This document shows, in pieces, positions 7,975-17,004 of a stretch of DNA of 38,642 nucleotides. The position numbers and the translations under genes are program-made. The notes under the pieces are model-generated. The model did not search any database and was not told the DNA's origin. It worked only from the letters and a program-made list of their open reading frames with translations. Numbering within the stretch: the first letter of the stretch is position 1; each line of letters begins with the position of its first letter. This DNA comes from a virus (lineage: Duplodnaviria > Caudoviricetes), in IMG/VR virus record IMGVR_UViG_3300025087_001385, positions 1-38,642 of that record. One strand, given 5' to 3'.

Positions 7975-8467
7975 TTTCGGTAAACCACATGAGAGTCAGC
8001 GCGGTTTATTCGCCGCAAGTCTTTACGAGCGAATGTTGGAAAACAAAGATATCTGGCTTTTGGCGGGCGATCTCGGGTTCGGGATGCTGGACAAAATCAT
8101 GCAAGACTTCCCGGAGAGAGCTAAAAATGTCGGAGCCGCTGAACAAAGTCTTCTCGGAATAGCAGTGGGCCTAGCATTAGAAGGAAAAATTCCATTTTGC
8201 TACACAATTACCTCATTTTATCTTAGAGCCGCTGAAACCATAGGGTTGTATTTACACGGTGAGCAGATTCCAGTTAAGTTGGTGGGGAGTGGGAGAGATG
8301 ACTCATATAAAGCGGACGGGCCATCGCATCACGGCGGCCTTGCCCAGGCTTATCTAGGATCACTAAACATTGTGGGGATACATCCAAATCATAAAGAAGA
8401 AGTACCAGATATTGTTCAGAAAATGATAGTCAATAATAAGCCGACATTCTTGACATTATTGAGATGA
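7949..8467 (+). CDS. transketolase, pyrimidine-binding subunit
   Basis: GDLG, NVGAAEQSLLGIAVGLA and GPSHH motifs. The start may be TTG 7961, after GAGGAG. Confidence 0.85.
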   Translation: MRSFLKFPNFGKPHESQRGLFAASLYERMLENKDIWLLAGDLGFGMLDKIMQDFPERAKNVGAAEQSLLGIAVGLALEGKIPFCYTITSFYLRAAETIGLYLHGEQIPVKLVGSGRDDSYKADGPSHHGGLAQAYLGSLNIVGIHPNHKEEVPDIVQKMIVNNKPTFLTLLR

Positions 8468-8476
8468 GGCGCTGAT

Positions 8477-8989
8477 ATGAGCGATGGCAATTCCTACAGA
8501 ACCCCCGATCCAATAATACTCACAGACAGAGGACAAGCCCCCCGTTCTTTTATAACACTGGAAAAATACTCAGCCACTTCCCAAAATGTCCATTTTTACC
8601 AAGTAGACAATCACCCCTGCGTGAGGGACAGGAAACTTGTCTCGACTTTTGAATATGCATTTTTGGGTACAAGGGGACACGACGGGTTTTATAAAGGCCC
8701 AATTGTTGTTCAATCCGATGTTTGGATAGGGGAGTTTGCAACAATCATGGGCGGGGTGACCGTTGGATACGGGGCGATCGTTGGTGCGTTTGCCGTAGTC
8801 GATAAGGACGTACCCCCATATGCTGTTGTTCACGGTAACCGTGCAACGGTTAGGGGATACAGGTTTACTACACAGCAAATCGAAGAACTACTTAGGATAA
8901 AATGGTGGGATTGGCCGCATGAGGTCGTTGTTAGTCGGAGTCAAGATATGCTCGATATTGATAATTTTGTAGAAAAGTATAAACAATGA
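8477..8989 (+). CDS. hexapeptide-repeat O-acyltransferase (CatB/Vat-like fold)
   Basis: DVWIG...IMGGVTVGYGAIVGAFAVVDKDVPPYAVVHGN...RF...IKWWDW. Confidence 0.85.
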   Translation: MSDGNSYRTPDPIILTDRGQAPRSFITLEKYSATSQNVHFYQVDNHPCVRDRKLVSTFEYAFLGTRGHDGFYKGPIVVQSDVWIGEFATIMGGVTVGYGAIVGAFAVVDKDVPPYAVVHGNRATVRGYRFTTQQIEELLRIKWWDWPHEVVVSRSQDMLDIDNFVEKYKQ

Positions 8990-9100
8990 GAAGATAGTTG
9001 ACAAACAGTAATAAGGAAGAAATGGCCACCTGATAGATATCTTTACTAAATCAAACCTTGGGGATGATATAATTAATCTAATAAGCAGATAAAGAAGTTG

Positions 9101-9156
9101 TGGTATAATAATTCAATTACCGACATTGAGACGACGGGCTAAGAGCCCGTTTTTTT
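9101..9156 (+). promoter_or_regulatory. TATAAT-ATTGAGA-hairpin-U-tract element, copy 1 (before terS)
   Basis: TGGTATAAT 9101-9109; ATTGAGA 9125-9131; stem ACGGGCT/AGCCCGT; T6; ATG 9157. Confidence 0.8.
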
Positions 9157-9531
9157 ATGGAAGAAACAAACAACGGAGAATCTAGTAAGGGGGGGGTTAT
9201 ACCAAGGTCGGCTATATATGCGAAGACTTCAAAGTTTAGCGAAGAAATGTTGGAGATATTGGTTGATCTGGCAAGGCATTCTCGACAAGAATCAGTCAGG
9301 ATGGCGTCAGCAGCCAAAGTTTTAGATAAGGCGATCCCAGACTTGAAAGCAATGGAGATTACCGGCGAAGACCACGGCCCGATAAGGTTTATAATCTCAT
9401 TAAACGAAGATGATAGACGTAGAGTTGCCGATCTTAAACTTTCCCAAACAGCAGTCGATCTTCGACAGCCCGGCCAGGTACAAGATAGTGGCCAAGGGTC
9501 GGAGGTTCGGACTGACCAAGGGAGCGGCTAA
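9157..9531 (+). CDS. terS: terminase small subunit (probable)
   Basis: Directly upstream of terL; VRMASAAKVLDKAIPDLKAMEITGEDHGPI resembles TerS C-terminal segments. Confidence 0.7.
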   Translation: MEETNNGESSKGGVIPRSAIYAKTSKFSEEMLEILVDLARHSRQESVRMASAAKVLDKAIPDLKAMEITGEDHGPIRFIISLNEDDRRRVADLKLSQTAVDLRQPGQVQDSGQGSEVRTDQGSG

Positions 9532-10747
9532 CGATTTCATTAAAAGCGCTCTCGAAGGAAAGTTTAAGAGAGGTCTTTGGGTAGACGTTGTCAATTCAAA
9601 CATTGACAAATATATCGAGAGATACTTTATACCGCACCTTAACAAGCTGCCAAGAACAATGTGGGAATGGCGAAAGCAAGCCAAGATGATAACTCTTAAC
9701 GGGGCTTACATCGACTTTCGCAGTGCCGATACCCCAGAAACAATGGAGGGGTTTGGTTATGACAAAGCCTTCTTAAATGAAGCCGGTATTATTCTGAAGA
9801 ATGAATATCTTTGGAACAACGCCATTCGGCCGATGTTTTGGGACTATCCCTGTCAGGCGGTCATAGGCGGAACGCCAAAGGGTAAGGGTTTACTCTACCA
9901 ACTGTCCGAACGTGGTAAGGATGTTAATCAACCCAACTACGACTTTTTTACCTTTACCAGTTTTGATAACCCCTTTATCCAGCAAGACCTGATCCGCGAG
10001 GATATGGCCTCAATACCGGATCGGGTTATCCAGCAAGAGATATACGCCAATTTTCTGGAGGACACCGGAGTGGTATTCAGAAACTTCCTTGAGATTATGG
10101 ATGCCGAGCCCCAGAAGCCGTATACCAACCATCGTTATGTCATGGGAGTAGACCTGGCCAAGGTAGAAGATTTTACCGTACTAGCTGTTTATGACGCCGG
10201 TAATAACAGGCAAGTCTACCAAGATAGGTTTAACAAAATAGACTGGGGGATGCAGAAGGCCAGGATAGCTGGAATAGCCAGATATTACAAAGATATCAAC
10301 GGCTCGCCAGCAAGCGTGGTCATAGATGCTACTGGATTGGGTGATCCGATAGTCGAGGATCTGGCAAGAATGGGTGTCCCGGTAGATCCGATCAAGTTTA
10401 CTAACGACCAGAAGCGGCAACTGATTGAAAAGCTATCAAACTGGATCGAAATGGGTCGTATTCACATGCTGAACATTCCTGAAACCAGAACGGAGCTCAC
10501 CAATTTTACTTATGATATATCTGAAACGACAGATAGGGTAAGGTATGAAGCACCAGTGGGTTTCCACGATGATATTGTTATTGCGCACGCGCTGGCAGTT
10601 TGGAGGCTGAATCCCATAATTAGGGAAGCGGCAGAGAAACCAAAAACATTAATTAGACTAAGCTATGAAAAGCAAATCAAAGACCAAATTCAAGAAACAG
10701 ATCTTGAAATCCCCGAAGCCCAATGGCACGAATGGGGTGAATCCTAG
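9410..10747 (+). CDS. terL: terminase large subunit
   Basis: KGRRFGLT (Walker A variant), AFLNEAG (Walker B variant), GTPKG coupling motif; nuclease motifs MGVDLA...DFT, IDATGLG and HDDIVIA. Confidence 0.92.
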   Translation: MIDVELPILNFPKQQSIFDSPARYKIVAKGRRFGLTKGAANDFIKSALEGKFKRGLWVDVVNSNIDKYIERYFIPHLNKLPRTMWEWRKQAKMITLNGAYIDFRSADTPETMEGFGYDKAFLNEAGIILKNEYLWNNAIRPMFWDYPCQAVIGGTPKGKGLLYQLSERGKDVNQPNYDFFTFTSFDNPFIQQDLIREDMASIPDRVIQQEIYANFLEDTGVVFRNFLEIMDAEPQKPYTNHRYVMGVDLAKVEDFTVLAVYDAGNNRQVYQDRFNKIDWGMQKARIAGIARYYKDINGSPASVVIDATGLGDPIVEDLARMGVPVDPIKFTNDQKRQLIEKLSNWIEMGRIHMLNIPETRTELTNFTYDISETTDRVRYEAPVGFHDDIVIAHALAVWRLNPIIREAAEKPKTLIRLSYEKQIKDQIQETDLEIPEAQWHEWGES

Positions 10748-11123
10748 TCGGGAAAAGCTCGACTTTGCCCTACTCGAGAGCTTCGATCTCATGCAAAGGG
10801 CTCTTCTTGATGGGAAGTATATCTTATGCGGAGAAGGGGCGAGGTGTCTAAAAGAAGGCAGACCATTAAATTGTAATCGATTAGAGTTTGTTATCGAAAA
10901 GCGTTATGTGATCCCAGAAGTAGTTTCTACGTTGAAAGTCTGGGCCACCAAAGATATAAGGCCCGATGGCTTTGAATGGTCTGTGGGTGGAGTGCCTCTA
11001 AGTTTCAAGTTTATTGCCGGGGAGTATGAATACTTAAAATACGCCGACACAAGAATCTACGGCCCCGAATCGTATATGATTCCAAATACCGGGTACTGGA
11101 AATCCGGGGAGGAGATAGCGTGA
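10737..11123 (+). CDS. hypothetical protein, possibly a degenerate nucleotidyltransferase (LicD-like) fold
   Basis: GTG start overlapping the terL end; YILCGEGA...LEFVI...YMIPN spacing loosely recalls LicD, but the DxD motif is absent. Confidence 0.45.
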   Translation: MNPSREKLDFALLESFDLMQRALLDGKYILCGEGARCLKEGRPLNCNRLEFVIEKRYVIPEVVSTLKVWATKDIRPDGFEWSVGGVPLSFKFIAGEYEYLKYADTRIYGPESYMIPNTGYWKSGEEIA

Positions 11124-11383
11124 TTGAGATACTTTTGACCATCATCGTGTTATCGGTGTTGGGATACCACGCCTGGTATGTATACGAGAAAAATAAAGAG
11201 GTTGGCAAGTTGATTAACGCCTTAGTGGCTAGAACCCCTGAACAGTTTAGAGATCTTGAATTAACGGAAAAAGTAAAAGCCATTGAAACTCCCAAGGTAG
11301 AACCACCCGATCTTGTTCCCGAAAGCGAAGTCTCCGATGAGAAGTTTGCCGAGTTGATAGAAAAGGAAATGCTTCATGGCTAA
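11120..11383 (+). CDS. small membrane protein
   Basis: N-terminal hydrophobic helix; GGAGGAG SD; coupled to the portal gene. Confidence 0.7.
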   Translation: MIEILLTIIVLSVLGYHAWYVYEKNKEVGKLINALVARTPEQFRDLELTEKVKAIETPKVEPPDLVPESEVSDEKFAELIEKEMLHG

Positions 11384-13565
11384 TTCGTATCAGTACTCAA
11401 CTAATAAACTGGGCAAGGAACAAATAGGCCAGGCCGTGGATGACATGATGACGGCTGACAAGAACCTCCGCTGGTCGTTTGAAAGACGCTGGTACGACAA
11501 CAACTTTTTTGATGATGGCTACCATTTCAGGTATATGTCCCGCACTCAAAACAAGATTGTGGATTTATCACAGGCGTCTACAATTTGGGCGCCAATGCGG
11601 TCGATTCCCAAAGCATCAAGACAAATAAGGGGCGTAGCCAATTTACTGACCTCCCGCAACTTCATACCAATCATTTATCCCGAAAAGGTATCTTCCGTTC
11701 AATTTCCTCAAATTCCAACCCAAGATCCCAATACGGGCCAGCCGGTTATGGCTCCTAATCCCGAATACAAAAAAGCTCTCGAAGAAGCTAAAAGGATAGC
11801 TAAGGCTTCGGGTCATTGGGTAAGCGAAGAGTTTAAGAGCATGGGATTAATCGAGAAGCTGGCTTTTATGATTCTTCTTACGGCTAAGCATGGAGTTTCT
11901 TTTATTCAAATTTGGCCTGACCCAGTAAGGGAAACTCTAAACGACATGGTGCTTGATGCTTTTGACGTCCATCTCAACGGGTCATTAAACGAGATTGAGG
12001 ATTGTCCCCATATCATTAAAAGCAGACCGAGACTAATCTCCGAAATAAAAGCCGACGAGAGGTTTGAACTAGAACGGGTAATGCAAATCAACCCCGACAA
12101 TAGGTACGCCTCCTCTGATATCAAAGAGGCCTACTCCAAGTCGAGGTATGGCGGATTGGGGGGGACTGATTCCACGGCTACGGTCATCGAGAAAGAAGCG
12201 TTTGTTAAGGAATACCTGGATGACGACAACATGGGAAGGATACGTCAACAGGAAGACGGTGGAGAAATATTAAAGAGACATAAAAAGGGAGACATGGTTA
12301 TTAGACAAGTGTTCGCGGCGGGGAATATCACCCTAAAAGACAGCTACCTTAACCTACCAGGATACCCGATTGTCGATTTGAGGTTTGAACCCGGCCCAAT
12401 ATACCAAGTTCCACTTATTGAAAGATTAAAACATCAAAACAAATCATTAGATTTGGTGGTTTCAAGGGTAGAAAGGTTTTTGCATACTATGGTTACGGGG
12501 TCATGGTCGGTGAAATCCGGAGAACCCACCGAACCCAACAATGCGGCGGGTGGACAAGTATTCAAATACAACACGACCCCTCCAATTCAGAATCCTCTAG
12601 CCAGCATCCCCCCGTTTGTATTTAACTTCATGGAACTTTTACAGGGATTAATCGAAGAACAGGGTGTAACCACGTCTGCTCTTGGCAAGCTCCCCAAGGG
12701 AGTAAAAGCAAACGCCGCCATAGAGTCTCTGAAGGAGAGTGAATTCTCCAACCTATCCATTTCTATGGAGAAAATTAAGGGAACCGTCAAAAGAATAGCC
12801 GAAAAGATGCTGGACTACGCCGATGATTACTTTGTGAAGCCCCAAACCGTATATTATCTTGAAAAGGGAGAACCACAATACTTCGATATCATTGGAGCGT
12901 CGGCACTCCAGAAAAGAAAAGAGCTAAAGATCGATGAAGGCCAACCCCTTGATGCCATTCCCATCAAGCGTGATTATAGGGTCGATATCGAAGTAGAAAC
13001 TGGCTTGGGTTACACACGAGAGGCACAAAGGACGGCAGCTAAAGAATTGGGAGATTATCTGGTACAGTTGTCTCAAATCGGTCTAGTGTCTCCTGAAGTT
13101 ATTAAAACCTACTTTGGGAGATTACTTGAAATATATCAATTTGGATCGGCGAGCGAGATTATGGAAGCAATGGATGAATATGGAGCTGAAGGACAAATGA
13201 CCGATCAGCAGATGGAGAGAATCAAAGTGGCGGTGGCTCAAGTGATGAGCGATATGGTTAAGGGCGGTATCCTGCCCACGCCCGAACAAAGAATAGAAGA
13301 GGGCAAAGTGTCCACCCTGGAAGCTCTAAGAGACGCTAAGGGGGCGGAGGGAGAAGCCACAGTCAATGCCCAAGCTAAACAGCCATCTGAGTCGATTTCT
13401 TTTAAGGATCTTCCTGCCGAGGGGAAAGTTCAAATGGCGCAGAAAGTGGGTATAGATATTGATGAAGAAGCTATCCGTGAACAGGAGGCTCAACAGCAAC
13501 AGTTAGAACAGCAGAAATTAGAAATTCAGGCCAAGAAAGGAGCCAATCGTGCCGTTTCAAAGTAG
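11376..13565 (+). CDS. portal protein (P22-like size)
   Basis: 729 aa, just after terL, predicted helical; LKHQNKSLD...GSW and GVTTSALG...ANAAIESL segments and a Q/E-rich tail are typical of podovirus portals. Confidence 0.8.
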   Translation: MANSYQYSTNKLGKEQIGQAVDDMMTADKNLRWSFERRWYDNNFFDDGYHFRYMSRTQNKIVDLSQASTIWAPMRSIPKASRQIRGVANLLTSRNFIPIIYPEKVSSVQFPQIPTQDPNTGQPVMAPNPEYKKALEEAKRIAKASGHWVSEEFKSMGLIEKLAFMILLTAKHGVSFIQIWPDPVRETLNDMVLDAFDVHLNGSLNEIEDCPHIIKSRPRLISEIKADERFELERVMQINPDNRYASSDIKEAYSKSRYGGLGGTDSTATVIEKEAFVKEYLDDDNMGRIRQQEDGGEILKRHKKGDMVIRQVFAAGNITLKDSYLNLPGYPIVDLRFEPGPIYQVPLIERLKHQNKSLDLVVSRVERFLHTMVTGSWSVKSGEPTEPNNAAGGQVFKYNTTPPIQNPLASIPPFVFNFMELLQGLIEEQGVTTSALGKLPKGVKANAAIESLKESEFSNLSISMEKIKGTVKRIAEKMLDYADDYFVKPQTVYYLEKGEPQYFDIIGASALQKRKELKIDEGQPLDAIPIKRDYRVDIEVETGLGYTREAQRTAAKELGDYLVQLSQIGLVSPEVIKTYFGRLLEIYQFGSASEIMEAMDEYGAEGQMTDQQMERIKVAVAQVMSDMVKGGILPTPEQRIEEGKVSTLEALRDAKGAEGEATVNAQAKQPSESISFKDLPAEGKVQMAQKVGIDIDEEAIREQEAQQQQLEQQKLEIQAKKGANRAVSK

Positions 13566-13710
13566 TGCCCAGCGCAGGTTTTTGTGGGCAAAACACCCTG
13601 CCATAGCCAAAAGATGGATGGCTGAAGAGAAATCGGGCCACTATAAAAAGTCTGATAAAAAGTACTCTAAAATCCATGTTAAAATTGCTAGAGAGATGGC
13701 GAAAGCATGA
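13549..13710 (+). CDS. small basic protein, 53 aa (MPFQSSAQRRFLWAKHPAIAKRW...), not in the ORF track
   Basis: GTG start with AAGGAG SD; exactly fills the gap between the portal and the ATG at 13712. Confidence 0.75.
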   Translation: MPFQSSAQRRFLWAKHPAIAKRWMAEEKSGHYKKSDKKYSKIHVKIAREMAKA

Positions 13711-13711
13711 T

Positions 13712-13945
13712 ATGGAAGAAAACGTCTTTTTAGATTTAACCCTGCAATTTAAAAAGGGTGAGGCTTGGTCTAATGTTTATGATTTTGACAAAGACTTTGC
13801 CAAATTTCTTAACACCTTAAATCTTGAGGGCAAGGTAATCGAACCCATCAAAGGAATGCCCGGAAGAAGATTTATTTTCATTAGTCAAGTCAAAAAGGAT
13901 TTACTTCAAGATCCCAGTAAGGGATGGAAGGATAAAAAGAAATGA
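13712..13945 (+). CDS. hypothetical protein
   Basis: ATG 1 nt after the preceding stop; ATGA overlap with the next gene. Confidence 0.65.
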   Translation: MEENVFLDLTLQFKKGEAWSNVYDFDKDFAKFLNTLNLEGKVIEPIKGMPGRRFIFISQVKKDLLQDPSKGWKDKKK

Positions 13946-15324
13946 GCGCATTCGGAGCACACGTAGACGACAACCAACAATTTAGTGTTGGTGGGGTGGT
14001 TGGTACGCTTGGGACAGCCGATACGGGGGGAACAGCACAAGTTATACCCATTGGCGTAAACCCAGCTACCGGCGCAATGTACGTCCAAGACCTCTCCGGA
14101 GCTTCTGGAACGACCACCGTACAAATGGTCTCTGGGACATTGAATGTGGGAACCGTGGTCGTGTCCAGTTCTAGCGGGGGAACTACAGTGAACATAGCAA
14201 CTGGCACCCAACAAACTCTGGGAACGGTTGGAGTGCTAAATTCGGGGACAATAAATTCAGCCACAATTGTCAACGCTAATCTCACAAAGTTAGGCTCGGC
14301 CATCTTTGCGGAAGACGCAGCTCTGACAACGCCCCAACTAGTAATCGCGGGGGCAAGAGAGGATGGCAGTGGTGGGGCTAGAGCGTTGCTGATACATGAA
14401 AATAGTGGGGGCCTCTTCGTTACGGGCGATACAGATGCTGGAGCTTCAGATGTGGGTTTTCCCGCAAAAATCGGTGGCAAGGCGGGGACGGCAGAACCCA
14501 CTGCAGTTCTCGATGCCCAAAGGGTGAACGCTTATTTTGACCAATTTGGTTACCAATATGTGAAGGTGGGGGCGGGAACGTCTAATGTTATTCTCAACAG
14601 TGGAACAGTCACAACGGGCTCTCTTTCCAATGTCGCCATGGTTAATGCTGGTACCTTTGTCCAAGCATCGGGAACGACAACCCTTCTCTCTACGGTGACG
14701 ACTCTCTCTAATTTAACTAACGGGTCGATAAATATTCTCACTGGTACTTTGCAATCTAGTGGTACTACCACGGGGGTGGGGGTAGTGAGCAATGTGACAA
14801 ATGGTTCAATCAATGTATTAACCGGGACGATACAATCGTCGGGTACGACAACTGGGGTGGGTGTTGTTTCTAATCTTACGAACGGCTCTGTGAATATCTT
14901 GACTGGCACAATCCAGTCTGCCGGCACAACAACGGGCGTAGGTGTAGTTAGCGTATTGTCTTTAGGAACGGTCAAACTAAATAATACTCCCGCCGGAAGT
15001 GCGGTATTAACTAGTCATACACTAGGAACGGCCGGGGCGGCTGCGTTTTGGGGAACCCTGTTGGCCCCCGTGGGGGCTGGGACATTTGCTTATCTGACTG
15101 GTTTTTCGGTTGTGGTTCATTCGGGAACCCCTGAAGTAGCAATTACAAACAACGTAGCCGGATCTACTGGTGCGGGAGTTATTACCAGGGGAGTGTTTCC
15201 TCCTGGGGGGGGTATCGCTCGTGACTTAAATCCCGTTTACAGCACGGTGGCAAACGGAACTATTGCATACCTGATAAATGCGGGAACGGCCAGTTTTAAT
15301 TTAACTTATTGGGTTAGTCCCTAA
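13942..15324 (+). CDS. Gly/Thr-rich virion fibre or decoration protein with internal repeats
   Basis: 460 aa, beta-rich G/T/V/S composition, few charged residues, located in the structural module. Confidence 0.65.
   Translation: MSAFGAHVDDNQQFSVGGVVGTLGTADTGGTAQVIPIGVNPATGAMYVQDLSGASGTTTVQMVSGTLNVGTVVVSSSSGGTTVNIATGTQQTLGTVGVLNSGTINSATIVNANLTKLGSAIFAEDAALTTPQLVIAGAREDGSGGARALLIHENSGGLFVTGDTDAGASDVGFPAKIGGKAGTAEPTAVLDAQRVNAYFDQFGYQYVKVGAGTSNVILNSGTVTTGSLSNVAMVNAGTFVQASGTTTLLSTVTTLSNLTNGSINILTGTLQSSGTTTGVGVVSNVTNGSINVLTGTIQSSGTTTGVGVVSNLTNGSVNILTGTIQSAGTTTGVGVVSVLSLGTVKLNNTPAGSAVLTSHTLGTAGAAAFWGTLLAPVGAGTFAYLTGFSVVVHSGTPEVAITNNVAGSTGAGVITRGVFPPGGGIARDLNPVYSTVANGTIAYLINAGTASFNLTYWVSP
14707..14949 (+). 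repeat. three tandem 81-nt (27-aa) coding repeats
   Basis: SN[LV]TNGS[IV]N[IV]LTGT[LI]QS[SA]GTTTGVGVV beginning at 14707, 14788 and 14869. Confidence 0.9.
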
Positions 15325-15327
15325 ATC

Positions 15328-15939
15328 ATGTCATGGATAACTCTTCTTGGAGTCGGAGTGGAGGTTTCTTCTGCTACCTCATCCGCCGCCACTGGCCCAC
15401 AGATAAATTTCTTTGAGAATTTCCCTGGACATCGGGGGGTAGAATTTGGGGGATACAGCAATGGCACGCTCTCGTTTCACGCCGTAAACATTCCCCTAAG
15501 CCTTTCTTTGGGATATCCAGTGGTCTTAATCTCTTTAACCACTTCTTCAAAAACGGCTACCTCAAAAAACCACACCCTTCAATTTGGTCTTTACTCACTT
15601 AATGGTTCTACTCTATCGTTAGCCAACTCCGCTAGTAAAAATTTTACTCTTGCCGCAAGCAATGGGGGAATTTCTTGGATTTCTTTAATAACATCTGCCA
15701 CTCAGAATATCACCCCCGGGGCTTGGTATTTTGCTTTTAATATACGGACGGGTGGGCATAGTGCGCTGTCTATTTATAACAATAGCTCCATAAACCCCGC
15801 CAATAATGTCCCCGGGGGGTTTTTAATGGGGAGAGTTACGGTTAGCCAATCTGTCATGCCGGGAAGTATTGCTACAAGCTCTTTAGATATAACCGGACTC
15901 GACGCTATGCGTCAACCTTATATAATTATTACAGCTTAA
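15328..15939 (+). CDS. Ser/Thr-rich beta protein, paralogue 1 of 3
   Basis: Shares GLYS...LSL.NS, W[IV]....SATQ.I.PG.W.F and C-terminal I/L-I/L-[ST]A with the next two genes. Confidence 0.75.
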   Translation: MSWITLLGVGVEVSSATSSAATGPQINFFENFPGHRGVEFGGYSNGTLSFHAVNIPLSLSLGYPVVLISLTTSSKTATSKNHTLQFGLYSLNGSTLSLANSASKNFTLAASNGGISWISLITSATQNITPGAWYFAFNIRTGGHSALSIYNNSSINPANNVPGGFLMGRVTVSQSVMPGSIATSSLDITGLDAMRQPYIIITA

Positions 15940-15940
15940 T

Positions 15941-16465
15941 ATGGGACAACTAAACTTTCTCGGCAACTTCTTTTTACATGGGGCGGATTCTATTGCGATG
16001 ATAAATGGAAGTCTCTCTTTTGTCCCATTTCAAGTCTGGGACAGCATGTCTCTCTTGACGATTAACCTATTTTTTGATCAGGGTAACGCCAATAAAACGT
16101 TTTCTATTTCACTTGGTCTTTACTCTATTTCTGGTGTTAATCTCTCTTTATACAATTCCGGATCGGTTTCCAAGAGCATTTCCTCTGGTCGGGGGTGGAT
16201 TTCGATAACAGATTTTTCGGCTACACAAAACATAAGTCCGGGTACGTGGTGGTTTGGTATTCTTCCCTCGACGGCTGGTAATTCCTCCGTATCCTTGATG
16301 GGACTTTCAACTCTAATAAATCCCGCAAACGCCTTTCCGGGTGGATTTATACATGGTAATATGTCAGTTTCAACTGCGGCCTTACCTGGGAGTTATGCCA
16401 CCTCTGACCTAGACATAACTGGGCTAGATGCTTTGGCAACCCCGATGATTTTATTGTCAGCTTAA
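15941..16465 (+). CDS. Ser/Thr-rich beta protein, paralogue 2 of 3
   Basis: GLYSISGVNLSLYNS, SATQNISPGTWWF, INPANAFPGGF, LDITGLDA. Confidence 0.75.
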   Translation: MGQLNFLGNFFLHGADSIAMINGSLSFVPFQVWDSMSLLTINLFFDQGNANKTFSISLGLYSISGVNLSLYNSGSVSKSISSGRGWISITDFSATQNISPGTWWFGILPSTAGNSSVSLMGLSTLINPANAFPGGFIHGNMSVSTAALPGSYATSDLDITGLDALATPMILLSA

Positions 16466-16467
16466 AT

Positions 16468-17004
16468 ATGGCAAGGATAAATATATTTGACAATTTATAT
16501 TCACGCCCCTCCGTCAACAACGGGGTGGGAGAAATGACGGCTAAATCTTTATATATTAGCAATGTTTATATGCCCGGCAGTCTATCCTTAAACAATATCT
16601 ATATCCTGGCTTCGGCTGTGGGGACAACGGCGAGGTCGGTGAGTTTTTCTTTTGGTTTATATTCCATTTCAGACGGAACCCTTTCGTTGGCAAATAGCGC
16701 TTCCCGACTCCTAAATTTTGTTAATGGATTTTCATGGGTTACTCTGGCCACGTCGGCAACTCAGGATATCACCCCTGGTAATTGGTATTTTGCTTTTCTC
16801 GACTCCAGCTCGAGCCAATCCTATTATTACTTTAGGGGGGGGCAATTAACACACAACTTAACTCATGGGGGACCACCAGTTTACGGAGTATACAGTGTCT
16901 CAACTGGGGGGCTCCCATCTTCTATCGCCACCAACGAGATAGTAAAGCCCACGACGGCCGCTACGGGGTCTCCATGCAGCACAATGATCATTATTTCGGC
17001 TTAA
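16468..17004 (+). CDS. Ser/Thr-rich beta protein, paralogue 3 of 3
   Basis: FGLYSISDGTLSLANS, SATQDITPGNWYF. Confidence 0.75.
   Translation: MARINIFDNLYSRPSVNNGVGEMTAKSLYISNVYMPGSLSLNNIYILASAVGTTARSVSFSFGLYSISDGTLSLANSASRLLNFVNGFSWVTLATSATQDITPGNWYFAFLDSSSSQSYYYFRGGQLTHNLTHGGPPVYGVYSVSTGGLPSSIATNEIVKPTTAATGSPCSTMIIISA

Noticed and set aside
8477-8989. Antibiotic-resistance acetyltransferase (vat/catB)
   Set aside because: The fold is shared, but the N-terminus is divergent and the sugar-operon context favours a glycan acyltransferase.
13890-14975. Minus-strand V/P/T-rich ORFs
   Set aside because: Mirror of the Gly/Thr codon bias in the 13942 gene.
15328-17004. Diversity-generating retroelement or invertible shufflon
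   Set aside because: No reverse transcriptase or recombinase, no near-identical template/variable repeat pair, and no flanking inverted sites.
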